Source: Porphyridium purpureum (lineage: Eukaryota). Taken from it: 64,000 nucleotides of DNA. The notes beneath the pieces were generated by a model that made no database searches, had not been told where the DNA came from, and saw nothing but the letters and a program-made list of their open reading frames with translations. Positions 19,840 to 30,497 of the stretch are shown here, piece by piece. Within the stretch, counting starts at the first letter, position 1; every line of letters starts with the position of its first letter. Where the stretch lies: assembly GCA_008690995.1 (NCBI GenBank), contig VRMN01000003.1, positions 1,736,001-1,800,000 of the forward strand, given 5' to 3'. A program made the position numbers and the translations under genes.

Positions 19840-21909
19840 ATGACGCCGAACCTTGAGGAGCCTGTGCGCGGCGACGCCGAAAATGCGCAAGCGTCTGTGG
19901 ATGGTAAGGCCGGGGAATCGGCCGGCGGAAACGCCATGTATGAGAAGCTGGACGCGCTGTTGAACAAGGTGGCCGTTTACTCGCAATTTCTGGCGGAGAG
20001 ACTGGAGGATCGCATTCAGCTGGATCGGATCGAGGAGAAGGAGGCTGAGGAGGAGACGAAGCATGCCGGGAAGCGCAAGCGGGTAGGGGATGGAAAGGAC
20101 GCGGCACAAAGCAAGCGGCGTGCGAAGGAAGAAGAGAAAGTCGAGCAGGCGTGCGAGGCGTCGGCGGTGCCTCGTTTTGTCCAGCCGCGCCTTTTACAAA
20201 ATGTGACGCTGCACCCGTATCAGCTGACTGGTGTGGAGTGGCTTGTTTCGCTGTACGAGAACGGACTGAATGGGATGCTTTGTGACGAGATGGGCTTGGG
20301 CAAGACGGTACAAGCCATTGGACTGCTCTGTTACCTGAGACAAATGGGTGTCAACGGTCCGTTCTTGGTATGCGCACCACTCACAGTGCTCCCAAATTGG
20401 AGCAACGAAGTGCGTCGCTTCGCTCCGTCTCTCAACTTCGTGCAGTATCATGGCACAAAGACGGATCGCACGGCGAAGTGGAACTCGATTCTCCGTCACA
20501 ATAAGCCAACTGATGAGAAATTTCCTCTCATCTTGACAACTTACGAAATTTTGATGAGAGATCGCGCGCGGCTCGCCAAAGTCCCCTGGCAGTACGTAAT
20601 AGTCGATGAGGGCCATCGTATGAAGAACATGAACTGCAAATTCGTTTCCGAGATTAGCAAATTTCGCAGCGCAAATCGCTTGATTTTGACCGGCACACCG
20701 CTACAAAACAATCTTCTGGAGCTTTTCAGCCTTCTGCATTTTATTCTTCCTGACATTTTTGACAGTGTCTCGGCGTTTACAAGCTGGTTTGATTTTGACG
20801 AAATGGATAACATCGGTGAGGAGGCCATCGAGCGAGAGAGACAGAATCAGCTTGTCAGCAAGCTGCACTTTGTCCTTCGTCCTTTTGTCCTGAGACGCAT
20901 GAAGCGCGACGTTGCGCAGAATCTTCCGCGCAGGAAGGAAATCCTCCTGTACTGCAGACTGACTGAGCTCCAGAGCAAGTATTACGAGGCTGCTCTCAAG
21001 GGTACACTGGGCGACCTCATCGAGGGCGCACGCGGGGGGCTTGTTGCGGGTAAGCAAAACAAGGGACTCATGAATCAGCTCATGCAGGTGCGCAAGGCTT
21101 GCTGTCATCCGTTTCTGTTTGAAGAGCAAGAAACACAGTGGGGCACGACGGATGAGCGAATAGTCACCGCGTCCGGTAAGCTTGAACTTCTTGATCGTCT
21201 CCTGCCACGCCTGCAGCGCGCTGGCCACCGCGTTTTGCTCTACTCGCAGTTCACATCGGTGCTTGACATTCTGGAAGATTTCTTGCAACTACGCCAATTT
21301 GGCACAGTGTGCCGCATTGATGGCGACGTGGGTTTGGAGAGCAGAATCGAGCAGATGAAAAACTTCAACGGCGCCGACCCACGGACCGCTGCTTTTGTGT
21401 TTCTGCTGAGCACGAGGGCCGGCGGACTGGGCATCAATCTGGTTGCTGCTGACACCGTAATATTCTTTGACTCTGACCTCAACCCGCAAATGGATCTACA
21501 AGCCATGGACCGGGCGCACAGAATTGGCCAAAAGCGCCCCGTGCATGTGTACCGATTAATCACCCGAAACACAATTGAAGAAAAGCTGCTCGAGATTGCT
21601 GGCCGAAAGCGAACGCTTGAGCACTTGGTCGTAGCAAAAGGTGGCTTCCATCGGGCTCCGCGGGAAGAACAAGACAATGATGCGTTCAAAGATGGGGTTC
21701 ATTTGAAGCCCACTGACCTCCGAGATTTGCTCGCGTTTAACCCGGTCGAGTTTGAGGCCGGCAAGAGTTCGGCCGGTTTGATTCAGGATACCGAACTGGA
21801 TGTGCTTTTAGACCGTTCTGACATGATGAAGGGCGCCCAAGACGAAGTCAAAGATAGTGGGCTGGTGAAGACATCCGCGTTTGTTTCATTTGAGCACGTA
21901 GTTCGGTAG
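19840..21909 (+). CDS. DDM1: SNF2-family chromatin remodeler DDM1/LSH/HELLS
   Basis: YEKLDALLNKVAVYSQFLAERL N-terminal coil, LHPYQLTGVEWLVSLYENGLNGMLCDEMGLGKTVQ, VDEGHRMKN, FLLSTRAGGLGINLVAADTV, NPQMDLQAMDRAHRIGQ. Confidence 0.9.
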   Translation: MTPNLEEPVRGDAENAQASVDGKAGESAGGNAMYEKLDALLNKVAVYSQFLAERLEDRIQLDRIEEKEAEEETKHAGKRKRVGDGKDAAQSKRRAKEEEKVEQACEASAVPRFVQPRLLQNVTLHPYQLTGVEWLVSLYENGLNGMLCDEMGLGKTVQAIGLLCYLRQMGVNGPFLVCAPLTVLPNWSNEVRRFAPSLNFVQYHGTKTDRTAKWNSILRHNKPTDEKFPLILTTYEILMRDRARLAKVPWQYVIVDEGHRMKNMNCKFVSEISKFRSANRLILTGTPLQNNLLELFSLLHFILPDIFDSVSAFTSWFDFDEMDNIGEEAIERERQNQLVSKLHFVLRPFVLRRMKRDVAQNLPRRKEILLYCRLTELQSKYYEAALKGTLGDLIEGARGGLVAGKQNKGLMNQLMQVRKACCHPFLFEEQETQWGTTDERIVTASGKLELLDRLLPRLQRAGHRVLLYSQFTSVLDILEDFLQLRQFGTVCRIDGDVGLESRIEQMKNFNGADPRTAAFVFLLSTRAGGLGINLVAADTVIFFDSDLNPQMDLQAMDRAHRIGQKRPVHVYRLITRNTIEEKLLEIAGRKRTLEHLVVAKGGFHRAPREEQDNDAFKDGVHLKPTDLRDLLAFNPVEFEAGKSSAGLIQDTELDVLLDRSDMMKGAQDEVKDSGLVKTSAFVSFEHVVR

Positions 21910-21982
21910 CATGGCACGTATGAGTTCCTAGTATTGCCGATCCTGTCTAGCTCTAGTGATTTATTTCTCTCGCCGTATAAGA

Positions 21983-22525
21983 CTACTTTTTCGAAACCGC
22001 ATCTTGGGCGCTCAGCATCTTCCTTGGATCTACGTAAAAATCAAATTCGTCCGCTGTCAAGTAGCCAAGCTGCAGACATTCCTGCTTGAGCGTCGTGCCG
22101 GCCTTGTGCGCATTTTTGGCGATCTCCGCGGCTTTGTCGTATCCGATAACTGGGTTCAGGGCAGTCACCAGGCACAGGCTTTTCTCCACAAGCTCTGCGA
22201 TGCGCGAAACGTTCGGAACGATTCCTCGAACGCAATTTCGAGAAAACATAGAGGCTGCGTCGCCAAGGAGACGCACGCTGCGCAGTACCTCAGACGCAAT
22301 GAGTGGCCGATAAACATTCAGCTCAAAATGTCCTTGAGCGCCTGCAAAAGCGACCGCTGCCTGCGCTCCAAGAACAGCTGCGGCGACCTGAGTGACAGAC
22401 TCGCAACTGGTTGGATTCACCTTCCCGGGCTGAGAATAGAAGTGGTTAGAAGAGCGCAGTACACTTACGGTTAGCGCACTGTTCAGGCAACATCGAACGC
22501 AGAAATGACCGACTTCAAGAAATAG

Positions 22526-22559
<34 letters not shown>

Positions 22560-23580
22560 AACGAATAAAAGGACATTGGCCCGGGGTTCAACCTACCATG
22601 ATGCTGCTCCCGGGCTCGTTCTCAGGCAGCAAAAGCTCGCCGAGCGAACAGCGAGGACCGGAGCCCAGGAAACGAATATCATTCGCAATTTTGTGCAAAG
22701 CCGACGCGCAAGAAGTCAGTGCACCTTGCAAGTTGACCAGTGCATCGCATCCGCCCAGAGCTTCGAACTTGTTGGGTGCGGTTTTGAACGGGAGACCTGT
22801 GTACAAGGCCACCTGCTCAGCAAACAGCACATCAAAGCCCCTGACAGAGTTCAAACCCGTACCCACTGCCGTGCCACCCTGCGCAAGCTCGTAGATATCG
22901 CCAAGGCAAAACTCAATGCGCTCTCGTGATTTGCTGACCTGGTGCGCATAGGCCCCAAAGGACTGGCCCAGCGTGAGTGGAACTGCATCCATGGTGTGGG
23001 TGCGTCCTATCTTGACAATATCCGCAAAGTCTTGCGACTTTGCCTCGAGGTCTTGCTGCAATTCAAGCAGGTTCGCCAGCAGCTCTGTCGAAGCCATCGC
23101 CACAGCGATATGCGAAGCGGTCGGAAACGTGTCGTTACTAGACTGGCCCATGTTGACGTGGTCGTTTGGATGGCACGGTGACTTGGACCCCATCTTTCCG
23201 CCCAGCACTTGGATCGCGCGGTTGCTCAACACCTCGTTCATATTCATATTGCTCTGCGTGCCAGAACCAGTCTGAAAGATAACCAGTGGGAAATGTTGAG
23301 GACCGAGCACACCCTCCAGCACTTCGTCGGCGGCGCTCACGATGGCGTTGCCTAGCTCTGGTTTGAGCGCTCCCAGCTGCATGTTTGTGAGAGCCGCTGC
23401 GCGCTTCACAATCGCGAGACTTCTGACAATCTGCTGCGGCATCCGTTCGACACCAGGTAACCCGATCGGAAAATTGTCGATCGAACGCTGCGTCTGCGCG
23501 CCGTACAAAAGTTGCGCGTCGACCTCGACCGCCCCCATGGAGTCCGTTTCGATGCGGCGTCCCGCGTGCCCTGGTTCCAT
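21983..23580 (-). CDS. FUM1: class II fumarate hydratase; join(complement 22597..23580, 21983..22429)
   Basis: [44 protein letters not shown]. The signature GSSIM|PGKVNP is restored by splicing. The true N-terminus may extend upstream. Confidence 0.93.
22430..22596 (-). other. spliceosomal intron in fumarase (167 nt, phase 0)
   Basis: GTAGGT donor, CTAAC branch candidates, TCTCAG acceptor; removal joins GSSIM to PGKVNPT. Confidence 0.9.
22526..22557 (+). repeat. poly(A)32 / intronic poly(T) tract
   Basis: Uninterrupted A run inside the fumarase intron. Confidence 0.95.
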
Positions 23581-23797
23581 GAAGGCTACCGAATCCTGTC
23601 GACCAAGCAAACGACCTTCGCAGGACGTTACTCGCGGTGAGAGATGTGGGAAGCTACTTTTAAAGCGATTTCTTACAATTAGTCTTAGCGATGTAGAGAT
23701 TTTGCCGGCGTTTTTCGGCCGTGCTCATCGAGGCGTGGCGTCGGGAATGCAGAATCACTGTGCCGCCATAGCCGGTAGCTTTGCAGTGCGCAGGACG

Positions 23798-25588
23798 TTA
23801 GAGGCTGAACTTAGACGGAGGATCAGGAAGATCCTCGCTGAGGTCAAGGAGAGTGTTCAATTTTGGGGCGACGACACGGCACCATTCACTGTCCGCACGC
23901 TGGTCAAGCGAACCGTATTTGGCACGGATCCACTCACGCATTACCTGCAAGCTGCCGAATCCCTTTTCTGAGCCAATCCTTTTCTTGCCCTTGGGGAAAC
24001 CGTCCATGAGGTCAAGAATCGTGGAGGCAAGTTCGTCCGCGCCGCGCACCAGTAGCCCGCTCTTCCCGGGAACAATGAGCTCCGTGATGCAACCATAATC
24101 CACTGCAATCACGGGTAAACCTGCACCAAGCATGTCGACGGCTTTCATGGGTAGATCTAATCCTGACGACGAGGAATGCAGGCACACTCCCACATCAGCA
24201 CTGCCTAACAAATGAGCATAATCTTGTTTAGACAGCCATGCACATACCACGAGGATGCAACGCAAGTCTGCCCGCGCAATGCGTGCTTCAAAAGCAGCTC
24301 GTAAAGGACCCCTGCCGGTAATGACGAAAAGCAGCTGCGGAGGGGATACCAGGGACCTTTCCAAGTTGGATACTTGCGTCTCTCCGGTCCTAGTATTGCT
24401 ATAGCTCATTTGCAGCAAACTCTTGTCGAGCTCAACAAGCGCGTCGAATAGGAGCTCAAAGTCCTCGTCTGGCGTCCAGCTGGTGCTAGAGACACACAAA
24501 AAGGGCCGATCGGATCGCCGTGTAGTATGTTGATTGCGCTCACCACACGACGTTCGCAAGGTACAAGATACAGGATAACTGCCCCTCTCTGTGGCGATGG
24601 GAAGTGAGTATTCTTGCTCCAGGCGCAGGAACAAGTCATGCTCCTCTTCGACAGAGACCGGCCGGAAGACGCAGTGGGGCATATCGTAATACACTGTAGC
24701 ATCAACATTCCATTCGTCGCGCAAAAATTCACACATGGCCGTGCTGACGCAGAGATGTGCGTCTGCGTACGGCGCAAGCGTGCTCTCGTACCACTCTGCA
24801 AGTACAAGGAGCAGGCTTGGTGCGCGGGTGGTGCGTAGAATTGTGTAGCCGAAATTATGCCAGTCCACCACGACCAGCGCACCGTGTCGCAAGCGAGCAA
24901 AAACCAAGGCGATCAACAAACTCGGTATGCTGGGTGGGTTTTGCATGATTAACGCGTCAAGCCTCGGCCGGCACGTCCATAGCGCTTCAATCAGGTCCAA
25001 TGCGCGTGACACCGTCGCAAGGACTGAAGTGATAAAGTAAACAGCGCTACCGTGATCCCGTCGCACACGTGTCCTGGCATGAATTTTCCGGAACGTCACC
25101 TGCGGGCTTGTCTGGCCTTGCGTTGGAAACTGCGGATGCGGCATGCCTGGCTCGGTCTGGACGAGGCTCTTCGGTGGGTCCCCATAAGCAAAGACAGTCA
25201 CGCGAGTCGAGGACCGCGGTACCGCACCCTGCTGACTGATGGCGCCTCCCTCGTAGTAGCCTTTCGACAGAACCGTGGCTCCAGCTTCGTCCAGATCGGC
25301 GTCGCTTTCGGCGCCGAATTGAGATGGGGATACAGAAGGGCGGAAAGACCATTTGGCCAGCATTTCAGCGTGGTGCAGCGTGCGCGGCGATTGCCCAATG
25401 TCGCCATTGACAAGCACGGCCACGTGGACGTCCCTCGTGAGATCCTCTTGTATTTTGGGGCCACCAACACGACTTGCCCAGCACAGACACGCCCAAGTCA
25501 AACGCGCAATCTCATCCAAGCCCCAGGCTACGTGCACGCAAAGTAAGGCCACGCAGGTCCACAGGAACACCGTTATGGTCCACTCCAT
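23798..25588 (-). CDS. ALG1: chitobiosyldiphosphodolichol beta-1,4-mannosyltransferase (GT33)
   Basis: GDIGQSPRTLHHA, MQNPPSIPSL, VDWHNFGY, VSSTSWTPDEDF, HSSSSGLDLPMKAVDMLGAGLPV; N-terminal signal anchor. Confidence 0.93.
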   Translation of the reverse strand: MEWTITVFLWTCVALLCVHVAWGLDEIARLTWACLCWASRVGGPKIQEDLTRDVHVAVLVNGDIGQSPRTLHHAEMLAKWSFRPSVSPSQFGAESDADLDEAGATVLSKGYYEGGAISQQGAVPRSSTRVTVFAYGDPPKSLVQTEPGMPHPQFPTQGQTSPQVTFRKIHARTRVRRDHGSAVYFITSVLATVSRALDLIEALWTCRPRLDALIMQNPPSIPSLLIALVFARLRHGALVVVDWHNFGYTILRTTRAPSLLLVLAEWYESTLAPYADAHLCVSTAMCEFLRDEWNVDATVYYDMPHCVFRPVSVEEEHDLFLRLEQEYSLPIATERGSYPVSCTLRTSCGERNQHTTRRSDRPFLCVSSTSWTPDEDFELLFDALVELDKSLLQMSYSNTRTGETQVSNLERSLVSPPQLLFVITGRGPLRAAFEARIARADLRCILVVCAWLSKQDYAHLLGSADVGVCLHSSSSGLDLPMKAVDMLGAGLPVIAVDYGCITELIVPGKSGLLVRGADELASTILDLMDGFPKGKKRIGSEKGFGSLQVMREWIRAKYGSLDQRADSEWCRVVAPKLNTLLDLSEDLPDPPSKFSL

Positions 25589-25776
25589 TCAGCAACGGGC
25601 CTGCACGCAGCGAAGATGGTGTGAGCACACTCGAAACAGACGCACTCGAATGCTGTTTCTCATGGAAGCTGTCGATCACTCGTTTACGGACAAGAGTTCC
25701 ACTAGAGTCTTGACTATGAGCTATGTGAGAGCTGGCATGGGCGCCGCGCAGCGTCGAAGCGTTCCACGCATCTCGT

Positions 25777-27438
25777 CTAAAATCGCTTTGGAAGCGGTGT
25801 GGGCAACGAGCTCATGCGCGGAGCATCTGCAGCCTTTTGGCGTCTGGCAAAACGGAGGATGGCCATGTGAGCAAATTCTAGCATTGCAGCCTCACTCAAA
25901 ACATTCTGTGCAAATTCGACCCCATTGGCAGCGATCTGCTCGACGTCCCGATCGTGGTCCACTGCCCACTGCTGCTGCTCAATAAGATCGCTCATGTCCT
26001 CCTTCACAGGAATGTAGTGCACGAATGGCTGCATGAGCAGGTAAAACCACTCTTGCAGCTTGACGTCATGCTTCATGAGCGCACTGTTGAGAAAGAGCAG
26101 ATTGCGCACGCGCTCCGCCCAGTCCGCGTTCGCGCCCACGCTCAGAACCACCTTGTAGGCCTGAAATTCTACAAGCTTCAGTTTGGCGTCAGGATCGACG
26201 GGCACATTTTCAAAGTAAGGAGAATCCTTCGGGCCTTTTGAGGTAAACTTGACGTCAAACAGATCTGGACGCTTCTGGGCTATTTTGTACATGGCGCCTC
26301 GACTCATTTTCGTCCAGTCTGTGCTCTTCACGCAGGTGTCCCAACACGACGCCATCAGCTGCTGGCTCATGTGATAGTTCCCACGGAACACCGCGCGGCT
26401 ATTCTTGCGCATCCATGGATAATCGGAGTGCTTGGACAAATAATTGTTGTACGCGTATCCGTCCCAGCCCGTAAAGTTCAAGCCGTACCCGAGCGGCTGA
26501 CCTCGGCTGTTTCCTATCGGGAACGGTATGGTATTTCTGTGGTGCTTTGACTGCCGAATAGATGAGAAGGCAGCGATTTTACCCGTCGAGGCAGCATCGT
26601 TGAGCGTCACCAAGAAGGAAACCGGCTTCATCTTGTACTTGTGGACTAGCGCTTCCATCAAGCCTCGCAGCGACTCGAATCGTGTATGCTTGTTCTCCGG
26701 CTCCCACTTGCGCATGTACTCTACCGTGTGATTAGGGGTGATCCTAACAAGCACAACTCGCTCCGAAAGACTGTTTGAATCTTCAAGAGCGCTTTCCTGT
26801 GCTTTAACGCTGAATGCGCTCAACTCTGCCGTGGAAAAGAAGTCGTCCAGCACTCTGGCAAACTCTTTCCGTCGCTCTTCATGACTCCACGGGTACCACT
26901 GCGGTACCCTACCTTCGACCCTGCCGTCCTGCGGCCTGGTGTTCTTCGACCATTCTGCTTCGGGATTCGCGCGCAACCTGTCGCCCGTGATAGTCTTTGC
27001 ATCACTGCTCGAAGACACATGCGGAATGATCTTTGCCATATGTGAATAGACCAATAATGAGAATGACACAATGATGCATGCCGTCACAAACGCCCACCCG
27101 AACTTTGGATTCCATGGCATGGGGACGGCGAGGTCAGCTTGTTCTTCTCTTCTGTGAACCTTGTGTCCCGTTCTTTTCTTCTGCACCGAAGTCTGCGCTG
27201 GAGTTGTCTTGGAAACCGAAGACGACAACGATGACGATGACTTTGCTGCTGATGACGCCGGGCCCTTTCTGTCGGCATTCTTTTTGCTACTCTTTGCGCT
27301 ACTGCCCTCCTGCTCACGCGGCGCTCTCTTCTGATCGCGCGCACTGTCAGAAGCCACGCCAAGCTTCTTCGACGCAGACGTGATCGCCGCCGCCGATGTC
27401 GACGACGACGACGACGACTTGGCGCCACTCTTCTTCAT
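25777..27438 (-). CDS. GT90/CAP10-domain glycosyltransferase, type II membrane protein
   Basis: TM helix near the N-terminus; PWMRKNSRAVFRG, YKVVLSVG, EWFYLLMQPFVHYIPVKEDMSDLIEQQQWAVDHD...IAANG. Confidence 0.85.
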   Translation of the reverse strand: MKKSGAKSSSSSSTSAAAITSASKKLGVASDSARDQKRAPREQEGSSAKSSKKNADRKGPASSAAKSSSSLSSSVSKTTPAQTSVQKKRTGHKVHRREEQADLAVPMPWNPKFGWAFVTACIIVSFSLLVYSHMAKIIPHVSSSSDAKTITGDRLRANPEAEWSKNTRPQDGRVEGRVPQWYPWSHEERRKEFARVLDDFFSTAELSAFSVKAQESALEDSNSLSERVVLVRITPNHTVEYMRKWEPENKHTRFESLRGLMEALVHKYKMKPVSFLVTLNDAASTGKIAAFSSIRQSKHHRNTIPFPIGNSRGQPLGYGLNFTGWDGYAYNNYLSKHSDYPWMRKNSRAVFRGNYHMSQQLMASCWDTCVKSTDWTKMSRGAMYKIAQKRPDLFDVKFTSKGPKDSPYFENVPVDPDAKLKLVEFQAYKVVLSVGANADWAERVRNLLFLNSALMKHDVKLQEWFYLLMQPFVHYIPVKEDMSDLIEQQQWAVDHDRDVEQIAANGVEFAQNVLSEAAMLEFAHMAILRFARRQKAADAPRMSSLPTPLPKRF

Positions 27439-27942
27439 GACATGCGAACCTATCTCTCTCCCTGTCGCCCTTTCTTCTTGTTGTGATACTCTCTCACGCG
27501 TGCGTGTTCAATGAGTCTACACACCCACTTCATCCCCGCTTCGGTTTATCAGCTTCTCGGTTTCGGTTCCTCAGCGCGCCGATTGTTATTTCCCGTGCTT
27601 CAAGTCGTGTCATCATTACATCTTCAAACCAGATGACAGCGAATGAATAATGACAGAAAAGCATCACGGATGACTTAATGATGACATCTTTTCATTGTTT
27701 CAGAATCGAGATTTCTTTGGTTTTGGCGTGCGTTTGTGTGGACGTGGAAGCCAAACTGGTAGAAGAAAGGCGGATGGATTGGATGCGGCAAATTGTTGAA
27801 GCATGAAAAAAGATGCCGGTGTGGGTGTTGAGATGTGAGGGGTGAAGCACGGGTGGTGCGATCGTGAGGAGTGGAGCAGACGAGAGGAGGAGGAGAAGAG
27901 GGAGGGAGAGAGAGAGAGGGAGAGAGGGAGAGAGAGACAGAG

Positions 27943-28830
27943 ATGGGGGGTAAAGGAGATGATGATCAGGACCAGCAGATGGTGCAGCGCGCGCTGAAGG
28001 ACCTGGATTTGGTGTCCAGCACGCTGGAAGAGCTGCAGCTTGCAAATGTCGTGACCAGGAGCAAGCAGGTCGTGCAGTTCTCGTCCGCGTACGGCTCGGA
28101 CCAGGAGGATTCTGACAGCGATGAGGAGGACGGAAGGGTGTTCACGCAGCGCGAGTACCATGACAGCGGCCAGCTGCGCATGTATCGCACATACCAGGTG
28201 AAGCCCAACCCGAATGGCTCGGGCGTGTACCAACGTCTGATTGAAGAGAAGCATTTCAACCCGGACGGCGTGTGCATGGTGGACATCCACTTCTCTGTGG
28301 GGCAGCCCTACCTGTCGCGAAAGCACTACCACCCGTCGCAAAGCCTCAAGTCGGAGAAGCTATTTTACGTCGAGGACGAGGTGAAGATGATTTGCCGCAA
28401 GGCGCACTACTGGCGCGAATACTATGACGGCGGCGGCACCAAGAGCGAGGTGCAGTACGACGGTCACGGCGTTCGTATCGGGTTTTGTAAGCGGTACGGA
28501 CGGGACGGCTCCATTCTGTGGATCAAGGACTACACGCGCGAGTACCAGGACAACCTGCATGAATTCAAGAGCCGCATTGGCGAGCTGGACTTTTCGTACG
28601 CAGATGCCGCCAAGCACCTGGGCTTTGATGCGATTCCGGCCACCATGAAGGAGGTGGAGCGGCAGTACCGGCTCATGAGTCTGCCGCTGCATCCAGATAA
28701 GCAGGGCGTTGTGTCGGAGGAAATGACAGAGAAATTTATCGAGCTGTCGCGCGCGCGCGATTCGCTTCGTGAGTATTTTGACATGATCGCCGAAAACGGG
28801 ACGGGCGGGGACAGGGCAGAGAAGCAGTAG
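27943..28830 (+). CDS. MORN-variant repeat protein with C-terminal DnaJ domain
   Basis: Repeats EYHDSGQLR, YHPSQSLKSE, EYYDGGGTKSE, YGRDGSI; J domain AAKHLG...EVERQYRLMSLPLHPDK...FIELSRARDSL. Confidence 0.8.
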   Translation: MGGKGDDDQDQQMVQRALKDLDLVSSTLEELQLANVVTRSKQVVQFSSAYGSDQEDSDSDEEDGRVFTQREYHDSGQLRMYRTYQVKPNPNGSGVYQRLIEEKHFNPDGVCMVDIHFSVGQPYLSRKHYHPSQSLKSEKLFYVEDEVKMICRKAHYWREYYDGGGTKSEVQYDGHGVRIGFCKRYGRDGSILWIKDYTREYQDNLHEFKSRIGELDFSYADAAKHLGFDAIPATMKEVERQYRLMSLPLHPDKQGVVSEEMTEKFIELSRARDSLREYFDMIAENGTGGDRAEKQ

Positions 28831-29214
28831 TCGCCAGCCGTGCTGCAAGCGCGGCGCCCTTGCAGTTGTCACTGCAGGGCGCGCCAGCAGTGTGGATTGG
28901 AATATGGGGAGTAAACGCGGGCATCAAGGCCAAGCCGTCAAGAAGATCAACCAAAGAATCAAAAGATTTCACGCATCGCACTATTCTTTTTAAAATCTGA
29001 GAGTATTTTTTGGTTCGAGCATGAATGTATCGCGAGCGATGGGCAACTCGATGGAAAAAAATTAGCCCCCATGACTGAGTCGTGCGCCATTCGAGGTCAG
29101 AGACTGATTGGAGCGGTCCGCATCACCAAAACGCCTATAGAGGAACGAGAGGGCGGGGCGCGAGACATCGAGTCACGTTCGCAGATGATGCACCAGCAAT
29201 ACCCCACATCCGAT

Positions 29215-29782
29215 CTAATCCTTCAGCGGCGGTGAGAGGAAAACGATCAGCGCGGCAATCGATCCCAGGCCGAGCACTGAACACGACGGGGAACAAAATC
29301 GCGAAATCACAAGAAAGAACAGAAGAAACCAAACGCAACGAGTCAATCCGAGTTAGTAAACCTGATTCCACAAGGAAAACTGCAGCGATCTGTGGGGTAA
29401 AACTAGCGGCAGAACCGACCGTAGTATCCCATGAAATGCGCAGAGGTTATGTGATCCGCGGTGCGCTGCAAGTCTACCACACCCTCGACGAGACAAGGAA
29501 CATCTCGCCACAGATCCGCCGCCAAATGCATGGGCTGACGACGCTAAACGTACCTGGTCCGAGATAGCCGCCAAAGTCGCCCTCCTTGGAAGCCACAAAG
29601 TTGATGAGCTCGAGAGCCTTGAACGCGGCGTCAGAGCTCACCACAGATTCGAGCGCCATGTTCATTTGCGCGGCACTTGCGGCGCGTCTCCCGCGCACGG
29701 CGCGCGGCGTCGCAGCCTTGGTGGCGAGCTGCACGCGCGTCGGCGCGCGCGTCAAAGCAACTGAGGATCCCACAAACGCCAT
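29215..29782 (-). CDS. small nucleus-encoded thylakoid single-TM protein (possibly red-lineage PSII-associated, Psb34-like); join(complement 29554..29782, 29215..29276), 96 aa
   Basis: MAFVGSSV transit peptide; splicing gives ...ASKEGDFGGYLGPVLGLGSIAALIVFLSPPLKD*; exon lengths 229+62=291 nt keep the frame. Confidence 0.8.
29277..29553 (-). other. spliceosomal intron (277 nt, phase 1)
   Basis: GTACGT donor, perfect TACTAAC branch point at 29352-29358, pyrimidine tract, TTCAG acceptor. Confidence 0.88.
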
Positions 29783-30497
29783 CTTACAATCTCCACACAC
29801 TCTGAACACGCTCGTCCCTCCCACCCCTTTTCCTTCAAATCGCCCTTACCACACCCTTTCTCTTTCTCGCCCTCTGGTGTCCGTCTTCCCCTGTCACCCT
29901 CCGCACCTTCATCACTCTTCCTTCCTGCTCTCATATTCTCTCACACAAGGACATCATGACCACCGCTATCAACAATAATCCCATCCCCAATTTTCCGGGG
30001 CTTTTATCTCCTCTCTAAGAAAACACACTCGTCTTACTAGACGATGTCGTCGAGATTAGGTTTACCTCCGGGAGGGTTTTTTGGTTTTTTTTTGGTTTTT
30101 TGGTTTGGATGTCTTTCGATAGTCGGAGGTACATGTCACAGTACACCCTTGAACGTGTTCTGCAGAGGTACTGTTCGGTCATGGGTTTCGAGGTGGGTGG
30201 TTAAACCCTGGTTCTAACCAATGCTTCGCGCGAGCAGTTAGATTCAGGGTTGGTGGCTGGGTTGGTTTGGAGTTGGAGGACTGTACCTGAGTACGTGGAA
30301 GATGGAGCGCAGATGTGCGTTGGGACTTGAGGTTGACATGTGTGGGAGTGGACATCTGGAGCATTGAGGCTATCTGGAGCGTCGAGGCGGTCGGCTTGGG
30401 GAAGGCAACGGATGTGCCACTGTGGAAGGAAAGGTCGCAGACAAAAGCGGGTCTGGTAGCGCGAGAAGATTTGCGTCCGAACGGACAGAAAGTAGGA

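Noticed and set aside
27545..27618. Minus-strand ATGATGA...CTGA resembling a C/D box snoRNA
   Set aside because: No terminal stem or recognisable rRNA-complementary guide; more likely promoter sequence.
30074..30108. T/G-rich tract resembling telomeric repeats
   Set aside because: Irregular GG(T)n units, too short and not a consistent telomere unit.
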